In this document: one piece after another, positions 12,193 through 26,109 of the stretch | How the letters are laid out: the number at the start of each line of letters is the position of its first letter | Numbering within the stretch: position 1 is the stretch's first letter | DNA from: Adineta vaga | Taxonomy: Eukaryota; Animalia; Rotifera | DNA length: 64,000 bases | Reading direction: 5' to 3' | Assembly: GCA_021613535.1 (NCBI GenBank) | Contig: CP075494.1 | Coordinates: 7,936,001 to 8,000,000 of the forward strand | Position numbers and translations under genes: made by a program | The notes under the pieces: generated by a model | Database searches by the model: none | Told to the model about the DNA's origin: nothing | Seen by the model: only the letters and a program-made list of their open reading frames with translations

Positions 12193-13252
12193 TTGGGGCT
12201 CAAGGAAGATTGTTTTGTAGTGCTTTTTTAGCGTGAATTGTTTTAGAGCAAACTGGTGATTGGAAAAATAAATGCACATTGTGTTTCGAAGGCGTATTAA
12301 CCGTGCGATAGCGCGTTCTGTTGCAAACTCTTTAGGTCCCACTGTAGGAGATGGGTTTTTGATGGAAGATTTTTTTTTTGTTTATGTCCAAGAAAGCGAA
12401 ATCGTGTGTTTGAAATGCGCTATAGTTTATCAGTTATGCGAGTAGTTTGATGGGTATCATATCATATCTTCTGAAACTGTTGATTCTTAAGAGAATATCT
12501 TATCAGAAATTTTGAACAATACAAAGGGTCTGACGAAGAAGGACAACCGTCGGCGCATCTTATAAGTCTTTTAATGTGTCTGCTGCACCCATTCCCATCG
12601 TTGATCTTTTGGAGACTATTGGGAAAAGTTTTCTTAAACATTATGTTGTACTTGAAAAAGTAGCACAATATACTTGTGGACTTTATTTTGAATATTTCTC
12701 GTAATAGAGTTGAGTTTAATGTCTTAGGGCGTTGCAAATCTTTACTGTGTTTGAAACGCTAGAGAGTTGGGGTTGACATCAAAATAAAGTGGATGACGTG
12801 TTTCACAACTTTGTTCAGTTGCTTCTTGGATGTGACCTTGGATGTCTAGTGATAGAAAGATGTTTTGTATTCGTACATCTTTCAACATAAAATAGAAACT
12901 TCCTAGAGAAAAGTTTCCATTTCAGGCTCAACTAACAAATGCGGCGAGATGCATTTGTAAATACAATGAAACCGACTATACTAGATCTATTAAAGTTTTT
13001 CATGCAGTGTATTCAAATAACTACACATGATAATGAACATTGAGTTGTTGAATGTATATCCATAACAATTTCTTTGTCTAATAGGTCGATTTTGTTTTGT
13101 TTGAGAAATCGATGTTAACTGCCGTTCTAAATCCATCGATTGTCATGAACATTCTTCTAAAATATATCATCGACGCATATATTATCACATCTTTTTCATT
13201 GAACCAATGACATATTGATCACTGACGTTTTTACTATGAATACATTGAGGAA

Positions 13253-13567
13253 CCCAGGTCGAAAAATCCGAGCCGGATCCGGTCGGAACCAGAACATTCC
13301 GATCATTTCATTGAAGCAGGATTCCGACCCGGATATTTTCGGACTTTTCCACTCGCTTCTGACTAACTTCCAGTCAGTTCCAGTCGGAAAACGACTGGAA
13401 TTCACCAGAACAGTCCGAGAAATTCCGATCGGAATACTACTTCCACTCTCCTTTGTTTTCCGGTTGGAATCTTTTGGAACTAGCTGGAACCGTCCGGAAT
13501 ATCCTCGGAAAAGCGTGCTTTCTGGCAGGTTCCTTTAGGATCCGGAGGCCAGAACGTCCGTCTTGGG
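13253..13567. mobile_element. GC-rich MITE with CCCAG...TTGGG ends (EnSpm/CMC-like non-autonomous, tentative)
   Basis: Imperfect TIRs cccaggtcgaaaaatccgagccggatcc vs cccaagacggacgttctggcctccggatcc, internal ccgg/cgga repeats, AA on both sides. Confidence 0.65.
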
Positions 13568-16500
13568 AAGTATATAATTGTGATATTTACATTAAATGCA
13601 AATTTTCTTTCCTATAATATTGGTATTTCGATAAAGAAAGGATTATTTTATTTCTGACATGAATTAACAAATAATATTTAGCATTAGTCGAAAAGAGCTG
13701 GCATAATTAATGATAAGCTTTGTCTGAATTGATTTGATCAATTTTGATTGAAATGTTCTAAATATATTTGCAAAAACTATCGAATTCATAGAATAGTCAT
13801 CTATAACCTTTGAACAATTTCACAGCATCCAAACAATATTAAGAATTCAAATGAGTTTTGGATCATAACCAAGATAAAAATGAAGACATTTTCAAACGTC
13901 ATTCGAAAGACGAGCTTGTAAATTTTAAAATAATCGATTGTAAACGGATATTAACCATTATCATAATTATAGACAAATAACTATTGAGTCCATACAAAAA
14001 ACTGAATGAATTCTTTTTCTTTATTTATTAATACTTGATGTTTTCAGATAAAAACTTTCTCTTCTAGCAGAAAAGATATACATTTGACCAAAATTATAGA
14101 GTATATGATTGTTCGTTCTTTTTTAAATGTTTTAAATTCTAATGAAAACAAATAATAATGTTGATGTCTTGTGTAGAAGAAGTTTTTCTTTTCTACTTTC
14201 ATGGCAAAAGAGATAAAAACTTCTATATTTAGATTTACGAAATGAGAACAAAATTAAAAACTAACGTCTCGTAAATCTCATCTATATTTCCACGGATTTT
14301 TTTCATGTTCTAATTTTTTTTGATCATTGTCTTTGAAGATGATATTTGTTTAAAGCATTATGTGATATATCCTTCTCATTATCGTCATTCGATAGATTTC
14401 TATTATTTTATTCTTCTATAGAATAATGTTGTCTGTTCGTCTATTTAATTCTCATTTGATCGTATCTTACGTTAATATTACGAGAAACTATGTTTCATTT
14501 CAGATTTTCTCAACATTAAAAATCTATTGTGGAACACTTTCACATTATTTTCCGTCGACACAATTTGAGATCAATCGCCTCTATACTTTCCGAAATATAC
14601 ACAATACATTATGACTTTCTCATATAGCTCAATCGAACATTTAATCGTTGATAATTCAATATATTGTAATCAATTGATTTGTTTATTATCGTGTGCTCCA
14701 TAATTTCGTTATTTATCAGCAAATTTATTACTTCGATATAGTCCTACACAACGAAATTCATATGACATATTATTGATTAATTTGACATATGTATCTTTCA
14801 AATCGAAGTCCGAAGCAGTTGATATTTTTGAACAGTTTTTTATCAGTCGTTTTCCTTCTACGAAAATTTTATTCATCACATCAGATATTAGATGTATGAA
14901 AGTCACAGAAAGATAATATCTGAATAGAGAAGTTTGTTCAGTTTTCGATGCTGTATCTTTCAGTATATTAAACGAATAATTTTATAAAGCGCGTAGAGTC
15001 TAAATAAATCTCGATTTCGGGGCATATTTTTTATTCGTTCAACCGGATACGCTAAAAATGTGGATCTCGAGGTTTTCAATGATGCTGAACAAAATGAAAA
15101 CATAAAATCAAGAAAAGAAATTTTGACGAGTGTTTCTTCTCTTTAAGAGAGCTTTTTAAAGAATATAGATGAATTAATCATCATTATAATTCTTTCAGAA
15201 AGGGGTCAGCGAATCCTACGGATGAGCGTTACTTGTGGTTTAAACATTGACAGAAGGACAGACGATCTGTAAAATGTATGAATAAAAGTCATAGGGAAAT
15301 AACATTCTCGAAGAAATGAAAAGCCCTCGATATAGAAACGAGATGTATAGAATGAAAAGAAAAATCAAACAAAGAATATACACAAATAGTAATGACGTCA
15401 GTGAACGATGTACTTGCAATATATCTTTCTGAATACGTTTCGTATCTTTATTGTATCACTTTCACATACCGTGCACATTGGATCGCCGTTACTTAGATTT
15501 AAGTGTTCGTCAAAACAAACTTGATACGATGAACCATATTATTCATTATAATGCTTACCAAGACGATAATCATTATCGATCACTTCATCTTCAGACAAAA
15601 CAAGCTATTGTAAATAAGATTTTCAAAGTTCTGTTTTTTTTGCATCCGCGGTGACATGTATTAATTAGCATCAAATTCTTTTTATTTTCTAGAAAATGCC
15701 ATAGTAGTTTAACAATAAGTCTAGTCCGTGTATAAGAGAAGGTCATGTTTGTTATTTCACTCATCTTTTTTCACATCAAATCAGACCATTTTTCGTCTGA
15801 ACAGAACGGTCGGACATTGATCTATATATATAAAGAGAGATAAAGCAATGACAATCGATTACAAAACCATTTTATTTTCGAACAATGGCTATTGATGTAT
15901 GTCTTCCATTGTTGATTATGCAATTGCTCTCTAGTTTGATATCTAGGAATTCTTTTTGCTTTTTTATTTCTAGAAAAACCGATTAGCATTCGATTTAGCT
16001 CGGAAAACCTTTCAACTCGAGCAACTGGTTAATCAAACACCCACGTATATGATGACACCTGCTCAATTACAGCAGTTCGCCAATCTTTCTGCAGAAATCG
16101 CTGGGCTCAAAAACGAGCTTTACCATCTAATGACCATGGACAATGACTTTTAAATTGATATTGATTGCTGAAAGAGTTCATTTCGTTTTTCTTTGCTCAT
16201 CAAATAAAATCATTCTCATCAGTTCATTGACGAATTTTGACATTGAAAGAGTTAGCAACGCTTTGACTAGTGAAACTCACATTCAGGGGGTGAGGAGAAG
16301 GTTTCTTTTTCACATGTAGATATCGTTCGAAAACGATACGAATCGAAATTAACTTCTTTTTGTTGACATGTTCACAATAACCAATTCATTGTTCTTGGAG
16401 TGAAGCTTTATTATATTTAAACAATTGAGCATTTAATTTTTAAGATATCATATGATATAACTACATCTTCCACTGTTATTAAGAATATTTCTTTTTCGAA

Positions 16501-16727
16501 GGGAAGAAAGAAGCGATTCAATATCAAGGCAACGTAGGGTCTTCAGGTTTTCATAACATGTTTATTTTTATTATTTTTCTTTCCTTTTGATATAGAACGT
16601 TATCAGCCATGTTTTGAGAGAATATATTGATTGATAGATGCATATATACAGTGAATAAAGTACGAGAATTGATATTTCTATTTCTATGTCGTTTGTTGAT
16701 CACCACCACCAACAACAACGTATCATT

Positions 16728-17355
16728 CTAATAGTTTATTATTGGACGTAGAAACAGTTTTCGCTAAATCTTTCTCTTGTGTTTTCGTATAAGATCTCCA
16801 CAGTTTGATTTCATCAAAAACTAGTTTAACATATAATGGAGTATTACATTCAGTCAATCGTTCGTGAACTAGTTCCCTGTTAGTTGAAAGATTAAATATA
16901 ATAAAACATATTTTTTTCAATAGAAAGAAGTTAACAAACCATTGTATATCAGTAATTGTTCGATGTTGACGAGCTAACCAAGCTTTTAAAACAATCTTAC
17001 CCAAGTCTTCACCTAATGGTTTAATCTAAATGATTATTTCGAAGTGTATTTTGAATATTAGATATTCCTGGTAATGTTGAAACAACCTATAGCAAACAGA
17101 CGATGATTTCAAATCGATAATATAACAAAAGAAAATATTATTCATACAAGTTTAACATGAATTGGTAATGTTGGTGGGAACCATGACATTGAATGTGCAC
17201 CATCTGATGATGAAATTTGATCTAATGAATCCAAAAAGATAGATAATGGTTTATCACTCGGTGTTTTCTCTAATAAACGTTTAAAATAATTAATCAATTG
17301 AGATAATTCAGTGGGAATAGTATTTTCTGATATTTGATAAAGATAACATAATTGA
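16728..17355 (-). pseudogene. Truncated duplicate of NWD gene exons (NACHT region)
   Basis: ORFs 16723-17004 and 17142-17369 repeat NWD peptides almost verbatim. The copy carries a ~75-bp and a ~2.3-kb deletion and has no start exons. Confidence 0.9.
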
Positions 17356-18171
17356 TGACAATTAAACACTTAATTGTGACTTCAGAGAAACCTTGAATGT
17401 ATAAGTATTAGTTTCTCCGTCATTGAGCGACATCTTTATTATTTTTCATCATCTTTTGTTTAACGCTGCTTAATATTTGCTTCAATGAGATTCCGTTCAC
17501 AAAGTTTGTTTCATCATAGCTTAAAGAAAGAAAAAAAAGGAAATGATGATGTCACTAATAAAGTCATTCAGCCAATCTATACTCATTTTCTTTGATTCAT
17601 TCTTTGACTTTTTTCCATCCACCACAGTCATAATTACCTATTGATGCTCGATAAACTGATCGATCGACGTAAAAATATCTTCGTTAAATTACCGAAGAAA
17701 AAAACAAAACAAAACAAATTTTCAGCACAAACGACATTGAGGTAATTTCATCATCAATACACAATGGTAAGTTAAATAAGAAAATCTTCTCATAAAAGTT
17801 ATTGATTTCAATTCTTTTTATTTTTCACAACTTGTTGACCTTCATAGAAAAAAAATTTATGTTTTTGTTTTGTGTTTAGATATCGACGAATCACAAGCGA
17901 TTTTCATTACTTGAATATTTTTGATCTTTTCCCCTCTTGTTTCATGGCTGGATATTTCCGAGATTTGATTCGGCCACTTTATGTGTGTGTGTTTTGAAAG
18001 TAAAAGCATTTGAATTTTGAGTGAATCTGGCTTTCGTGACGATGGCAGATATTTGTCAAGTATAGGGAGATATGAGATAGACAAATAATAAGTAAACTAA
18101 TTTTTTCAGATGATTTTGATAAGGAATGAATTTTTTTCTTTTTCAGATAAACTAATTAGAAAATAAAAACG

Positions 18172-19269
18172 ATGAGCCGAAATCAGAGTGAAAGCGCCTC
18201 AAGATCTCGTTCAAAATCGAAATCAAGATCTCGTTCAGGTTCATTATCATCAACATCATCGTAAGATTTCATTTATGTTTGTGTAATGCTTGGCTATTTG
18301 ATTGAATTTGATTTGAATAGAGGTCGTGCAGCTAAAGCCAAAAATTGGAATGGCGAATCAGGTTATCGTTTACATGTTTCACCATTAAGTCCTCGAACAT
18401 CACGACGTGATATTGAAAAAATATTTGGCAAATATGGAAAAATTAATGAAGTTTGTTGTTTACCCATGATAAATGACTTTTTTTAAAAATTAAATGAATA
18501 TTTTCAGGTTTGGATGGCAACTAATCCACCCTGCTTTGCTTTTGTGAATTTTAAGCATCGAGCTGATGCAGAAGAAGCAATTCGAGCTATGGATGGAAAG
18601 TAAGTTTAATCAATCATTTGAAAAGTTTTTCAGTTTCATATTTCGTAGATCAATTGATAATTCTCGTATTGGAATATCATTTGCTCGTAAGCGTACAGTT
18701 GGCGGTCGCCGTGGTGGTGGTGGTGGCGGCGGCGGCGGAGGTGGTTCTTTTGGTAATGGAGGTGATCGATATTCACGTGGAGATTATGATTCATCACGTA
18801 ACCGTCGACGATATTCTCCACGGCCATCGGATGACAGACGCGATAGGTTTGCATAAAAATTATATTTTGAAAACAAGAAGAAATATCTCTTCTTCTAATT
18901 TACAGAAACAATGATCGACGACGACGTTATTCTCGATCACGCAGTCCAGTCCAACATAGCAAACGTGATTATCGACAGCGTTCAAGATCATCTTCACCAA
19001 AGTGAGTTGTTATTTTTTCTTCAAAGTTCATAGTGGTAACATATCAATATAAATTTGATAAAATAACTTCCATAGAAACCAGAATTAGATAGTTGCCATT
19101 ATTTTTAGAGCACGTCGTAATCGCCCATCCTCAAGAGATCGATCACCACCGCAACAACAAGCAACAAATGTTGTTCATAGGTAAATTATCTTTGATATCT
19201 TTCTTTTCTCTTCTTCCTCTTATTATTATGATGATCTTTAATTTCAGATATGAAGAAAGTGATGATTAA
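18172..19269 (+). CDS. SR splicing factor, SRSF3/SRSF7-like (single RRM, Gly linker, RS domain), paralog 1
   Basis: RRM '[10 protein letters not shown]...FGKYGKINE|[30 protein letters not shown]' followed by RS-rich exons; stop at 19267-19269. Confidence 0.88.
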
Positions 19270-19499
19270 TCAATTACTTGTTCAAATCCAGAATTAAATG
19301 ATTTGTTTTGGAATATGTAAAGAAGAGGACCTTAATCAATTTCATCATCAGTTCTTTTGTTGTCTCCTTTTTCTTCTTTGTTTAACTAAATGATGTCTTG
19401 TGAAAAAAAATTTCTTGTGTATTGTACCAAGTTTGACTAGCGCTTATTTGTTGTTCTAGATTATCTTTTTTCTTTTAATTTATTTGCAAAATTCGTATC

Positions 19500-21153
19500 A
19501 TGGGTCGTAGTCGTGATCGTGAAGGTTCACTTGCTTCAACTGATTCTGGTCGCACAGCACGATCGAAAAAATGGGTAAGCATTCTTTTCATTCATAAAAC
19601 AAACATTGGTTTCGATTTATTAGGATGGAGCAGGTGGTCATCGTCTTCATCTATCTGACTTACCTATGGGTGTCAGTAAACATGAAGTAGAAAGAATTTT
19701 TCGTTCGTATGGACCATTGAATGAGGTATGAAATTCAATTGAATTTCTTATGAATATTTACACAAACGATTGTATAGATTTGGGTTGCAACAAACCCGCC
19801 TTGTTTTGCATTTATTAATTTCACCCATCGATCTGATGGTGAACGTGCATTGAAAGAACTTGATGGAACGTAAGATAGACTATCTTTCGAAAATAAGTAC
19901 AGATTTTAAAACAAAAATTGTCTTCTTTTCTTTTTTAAGAACATTAGCTGGTGCAAGAATTGGTCTGAGTTGGGCTCGACCAAGACACATCGGTGGTCGA
20001 TCACGTCGTCGTAAGTCAAATCATTCTTCTTGATTTTCTAAACTTTTCTATGTACTCTTTAGGTTCGCCATCTCCTTATCGTCGCAGTAATCGAGATTCG
20101 TATAGCAGTCGTCGTCGTCGTTATTCACGGTAATTTCCTTTCTATTGATCTGTTTTAAAAAATCTAAATTTTCGTCCTTGCTCTTATTTATCTTTTTTAA
20201 TCAATGAGAGTTATATGTGTTGGAATAGTTTATATTTGTGTTGCTCACTCTGCTTGTCGATATATATTTGGTTATTTTTCTAGCTGTTGATGATTATTGG
20301 ATGAAAATGATTGATGTGGGTGGACTATCAGCAGCAGTGTTTTAAAATGAATAATGTGGTTTTGTGCTCGAATCTTGTTTCTTTGTTTATTCTTCTCCTT
20401 CTCTTCTATTTGTGAATCGTCTACCTAGTGGGTGGATGGATGCCATGTGCTTAGTCACATTCTTTGGCAGAGAAAGATCAAAGGTATGTTATATGAGTAC
20501 ATCACATTTTATCAGATAAGTCATGTAGTGAATATCCCTCTTTTACTATTTATTTCGCAACTTGAAACTTAGTTTGTTTTCTATGTTCATTATTGAAAAT
20601 ATCTATGTTAGAATCGAGTTTTATATATTATAGAAGTCGTTCGCGTAGTCCACGTTCTCGACGTTCTGGTGGCAGTTCTCGACGACGCAGTTCACGTTCT
20701 GCATCACGTTCGCCCGCACGCCAAGGATCACCACGAGGTAAATGATTTTGTTCTACTTGATAATTAATTATACGAAATTCTATTTTCGAACAGATTCTAC
20801 AGAAAGATCATCGAGACGAAAAGAACATAAACGTCGTCGATATTCATCATCACATTCGGACCGTAGTCCGAATCGTTCACCACGACGAGATAATAAGTAA
20901 GTTATCACATTCATTGTTCATTTTTTGATATAAGAATGATTTACTTCTGCTTTTTTTTTCTAGAAAACAATCGACACGTAGCCCAAGCCATGAACGTCAA
21001 CGATCAGCAACACCTAATGGTAATCGTCATCTTGGTGAGACAGATGATAATCATACAGCTGAGTAAGTTAATTGTGGACAAGTTACAACTGATTTTCAGA
21101 ATGATTAATTTATATATTTCTGTTTTAGAATTGAAATCGACGGTCAAGATTGA
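19500..21153 (+). CDS. SR splicing factor, SRSF3/SRSF7-like, paralog 2
   Basis: RRM 'HRLHLSDLPMG...FRSYGPLNE|[30 protein letters not shown]' and a long RS tail; stop TGA at 21151-21153. Missed by the ORF track because the exons are short. Confidence 0.88.
20284..20483 (+). promoter_or_regulatory. Candidate poison (stop-containing) cassette exon in SR paralog 2
   Basis: tttttctag| acceptor and aag|gtatgt donor inside an unusually long 504-nt intron. Inclusion reads CGC TGT TGA. Confidence 0.6.
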
Positions 21154-22085
21154 TAAAACAAATATACCAGTATCATGCACACACCTAAAAGAAAGACTCT
21201 ACTCATGTTTTTGATTATTTGTTTCTTTTTCTTTTCAAATTAATGTTTATCGTAATCTTTTCTTTTTTCATTTGTGCTTGTGTGTTGATTTATCTGAGTT
21301 AGCTACGAGGTGTAATGGTATTGCTTTTTAAATTTAAACACGAAGTTATGTGTTATTTGTTACTATGGCTAATAAAAAAGGAAGAGTTTTTTTTTTCATA
21401 ATTATCCTTGCAAAAAATAAAATATAAAGATATTTATACGCTGATTTCAATTACTTTATAAATTAGTCTCACGAAATAGAAGAAGTGGTATTTGAACAGA
21501 AGTTTTTTTGTACGATATATAATTTGTATTCATCTTCGATAAAGATGAATGAATACAGTTGTTTAAAGCAATTCAATTTCATCGACATTAAAGAGCAGCG
21601 TATTGGTTGAATAAGCTTGTTGCCTAGTTTGTTATTTTGTTGTGATATGAATTGCGTCTTTTCAAAAACTACTTAGAAATTTCCGGAAAATTTCAATGAT
21701 GGCGCTAGTCGTAAAAAATAGTTTTCCTTTTCTCAGTTATAGAGATCAGACCATGGAAAAAGAAAAAGCAAATGGAGGATCAGTTAGGAGCAAACTTTTC
21801 TTCAAGTTTTATTTCTTTTCGAACAAATATTTCCTCTTCTTACTTAAAAGAAGTTATATTCAATTCCTCGTAAAGTAATAGAGAAGAAGAAAAAACGATA
21901 AGAAAAGCATTTGTTATGTGAAGTATATATCGGTTAGAAAGGTAAGAACAATAAAAGAAGAGAATTGATTTACCGTCAGTCAAAACGAACGTCGCTTATA
22001 ACGATATAAAAGAAAAACATACGCACATACTGAAAAATTCTTATTTTTATTCTAATATTCTAACAAATTGATTAAATCTTTTTAG

Positions 22086-25000
22086 ATGACAGATCGACTT
22101 TCACTTGAACAATTAGTTCATCTATCTTTGGGTGATCCTGAGGTAGGTGCAGTGAATTTTAATGTATTAAAAACTCTTCTTTTACAAATGCTTCGAGCCA
22201 TGAATTTGTATAATTTTAAACCAACAATGTCCGATGATGATCAACGAACACTTCAAGAAGCACTTTCGACATCATCGACAAAACATGATGAACTTTCGAT
22301 TGGTACTAATGATGATGATGATGAAATAAAAAGAAAATTTCAATTGAAAAGACGTGATCGAAGTTCAGATCGTCTCAATACTTTAGAAGAAAAAGTCTTT
22401 CGTTTCGAATCTCAATTCAATGCACTTGATCAAATACCATCCAATTCGAAATTAATTGATCGATCAAAACAAATACCAAAGAAAACGTTCGATCAAACTG
22501 ATTCAACAACAGATCGTCAAGGACCAATATTAGAAGTTTGGCAATATACACAAATGGAAAAGCGAATTGAATCAGCTGAAAATGGCATTACACGTGTAGG
22601 TTGAGAAAAAAAAAGATTCACCTATATCATATCATAGTTGACTTTTAGCTTTCATCATTACTTCAAGATCTTTTATCGGATATGAATGATTTAAAAGAAT
22701 CACATGAAACATTGCAACGAGCCACCAATGAACTAAAGGATACAGTTGATACGTTAAATAAAGAGAAACATGAATGGGTATATACATTGATTGAGGCATT
22801 TATGTACAATTCAGTAGAATTCTTTGTTCTTTCCTAGGCAACTAAATCCGATATTGCAAATTTGGATGAAAAAATTCGTAATTTAGAAAATTTACTCGTA
22901 AGACATTCTTTCTTTTCTGATATAATTTAAATATTTTCATATAAAATCTCTAGTCTTCATTACGAGATCGTTTCGATAGTGTACCAAAAGAAACTACGAT
23001 CGTTGATTCTCCTACTACATCAGATTCAAGTGGTTTTGTTACTTGGGATCGATTTGAAGATGTACTAAATGATATTCGACAATCCATCGAAAAACTTTCA
23101 AATAAGGCTGATCATACCATACGGGATACTCCATCATCTCCCATAAAAAATCAGACAGTAATTCTACCTCTTTCATTTTACATTTCTGCTTAAAAAAGAT
23201 TCATTTTCTTTCAGACAATACAATATGAAAAGGTAAGCGCGTAAAATCTCTTTGCTTTGAATGAATCTAAAATGGTTTCTTTTTTTTTTAAATTTCAATT
23301 GGATCAAAATCTTTAAAAAAAACTTTTATTTATCTAGAATTTATCAACGGATGGAACGGCCGATATTTCTACACAACTTCAAACTTTAAATGATCGATAT
23401 GAACAATTGAAAGCACTAGTTGATGCACTGGAAGTACGATAAAAATAATGAGTTATAATTAGTACAATAATAGAATTATTTTCTTTAGAAAAAGAAACTC
23501 AATCGAGAAGAATTCGATGCTTATAAAAATCAATATAATGATTTTTTTGATCGTCTTACTACATTAGAAAAAGATTTTGATGGTATTCAAACATACAAAA
23601 TGACTGTAAGTAATGATATTAAATAGAATCTTTCCAATTTTGATGTAAATCATATCGTAAAATTGCAGCATAATACGAGTCATATCTTTCAACGAATCAT
23701 GCTGGTCTTCACGAGTAGATTTTACACCTTCAATAGTATGCTCGTGATACAAATGAGAGACATGAAGAAGAGGAATATATGATTTATGTTAAGCGAGAGA
23801 AAGATAGCTAAGTCAGCACGGAGAAAACAGCTTTATCAATTTTTTTTAGTCATCATGTTGGTTAACTGAACAAGTAATAAATACAACGACAGAATCGAGA
23901 TAAGAGCGAAAAAGAGAGAGAGAGGTACAACAGATGTTCTTATATTTTTTTAGCTCATGTCAAATATCAACATTGTTCAGAAAAAGTGCCTTTTCCTTCC
24001 TTCATATTGTGCACAAAATCAGACTAACACTACTAATTGGAAAAGATTAGGTGTTCATTTACGTTATATATTCTTTCAAATACGAACATTTAATAATTCT
24101 AATATACGTGCATTACTTCTAAAGTGTGTATGTGTGTGTATATGTATTTATGTGTTCATTAAAATTTTAAAAAAAAACTTCTATAGAAAATTTCAATCAA
24201 TCAAAGAATTATTTGAATTAATTATTGAAATTTTATTTACAACTAATTGGATTGATAATAATCATAATCATATATCTGTAAAAGTTTCTCATTATGAATG
24301 TGTTATATTTTTGATTTCTTTCAATCATAGGATGTATCCGGTAGTGAAGTTAAAAATGGAAGTCCTGTAAAGGTACATTTTTTCTTTAATAAGATATTTT
24401 TATTAGTTGAATAAATTACTTCGTTGTTGTTTTTTTTTCAGTCACGAACGGATTCTTCCGATGATTTATCCGATTTTCGAACAGCATTGAAACGTTTACG
24501 TGAAGATTTAGATCGACTCAAACAACAAATACAAGATTTAATAACTAAAGGACATTTATCGGCTGATGATCTTGACGTAAGTTAACACTTCTTTCTATTC
24601 AATATATGTGATGTATCACGGTGACATCAAATATTATTTTATTAGACTTTAAAAAAATTAGTTCAACAATTAGATCAAACAAAAGCTGATAAGATCAATA
24701 TTAATAATGAACTTGATAAAGTAAATATACATATAAATCTAGAAATAGATTCGCATATGAATTGTTTGATAGAAAGTAGACAGAAAAGATTTGGATAATC
24801 GAGTTTTGAAAAAAGATTTCAATGCTGCTTGTAATGATCTATCACAAAATATCAATGATTGTTTACAAAAATTTCACGTACATGTATGAGGAAATTGTTT
24901 TGCTTGTTGATCTCATTCAAGCAATTACATATATTCTAGGATGATATTCAAAAGAAAGATTCACAAAAAATCAATCATGATTTAAATGAAAAATTAGATC

Positions 25001-26109
25001 GTACTGAACTCGATGCATTACGTGATTATATGGATAAACAAATGAAAAAATTGAAAAAATTAGCGGTAAGTTTGGCAATGAAAGTTAATCATGTATTGTT
25101 TCTCTATATGCACGAATAAAGTATGAGAGATAAGTAAAATATTCATTGTCATTCGAATATTTTGGTTTTTATATGTCTGAGTATCTCTTTCATATTTTGT
25201 AATTGTACAGAAAGAGCAGCAGCAACAGACACAACAGCAACATGTTCATGTTATGTCAGAAGATGAGGCGGCTGGTTTACGAAAACAGCTTATTCGTTTT
25301 CACTGCATCAGCTGTGATCGTCCGATTGACGTTCAACCGCACCCGTTCGTGTTTCTATTCGCATATTTTCTCCGTTTAATTAACGTTCATTTTCTAGACA
25401 GCAACCGAGTCTACCCGTAAATCAGGGTATGCGTCCTATCCAGTCACCCCGGCCGTACACTACTTACGAACTGGATCAAATACGACAATTTCAAAAGAGG
25501 TGCATCAATTCCTATCAAATCAATTAAACACTTCATTCTTTCGATATTTTAGTCAACAGTTTAGTAATGATATTAGCAGCGGTGCAGCAGATGTTTATGC
25601 AACAATGCGACAGTGTGGTGGTTCACACACAACAACTCTACCATTTAAACGGCAAATTAGAACTCAGTAAATATTAATTCTTTATCTAAAAATAATAGTC
25701 ATATAAAACATCTCTTCTCTTCTTTCAGACCATCGGTACCAGAAGAAACATTGCTTGCAAGGTAATTTTAGAGAATTTCTAATTCTTATTATATCAATAT
25801 GAAATGAAATTTTTCTTTAGAAATGAAGTAGATATCAAAGGTCATGATGGTGTGATATACAAAGGTAGAATTACTGTGGATAAATTACCATCTGTCGATC
25901 TGCATAAGAAGAATTCGATTATTTTACTTGCACCTCCACCACCGCTGCTACGAACGCGTTCCGATTCTCATCCTTTACTATCTCCTCATCATCATCAACA
26001 ACAACAACAACATCGTGAATATTCCGGTAATGATCAAGATCGAAATATTTTATCGCCTATCATTCCTAATCTTGAACCAATTATACCTCGAGAAGAATCA
26101 TTCACATAG
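22086..26109 (+). CDS. DUF4795 coiled-coil protein (QRICH2/C16orf96-like), multi-exon
   Basis: N-terminal 'LSLGDPEVGAVNFNVL', coiled-coil exons, 'EDEAAGLRKQLIRFHCISCDRPID', 'RPYTTYELDQIR', 'RQCGGSHTTT', 'DIKGHDGVIYKG'. Confidence 0.82.

Noticed and set aside
13196-13538. ORFs 13215-13538 (+) and 13196-13405 (-) as genes
   Set aside because: They lie within a GC-rich, internally repetitive MITE, so the open frames are a composition artefact.
12462-16700. Short ORFs (12462-12737, 14426-14614, 14709-14906, 15451-15654) as a gene
   Set aside because: I could not build a coherent exon chain or find a motif. They are probably non-coding DNA or decayed repeats.
17142-17369. Functional chimeric NWD mini-gene
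   Set aside because: The frame is created by a deletion junction and has no real ATG, and a second deletion removes a splice donor and part of an exon.
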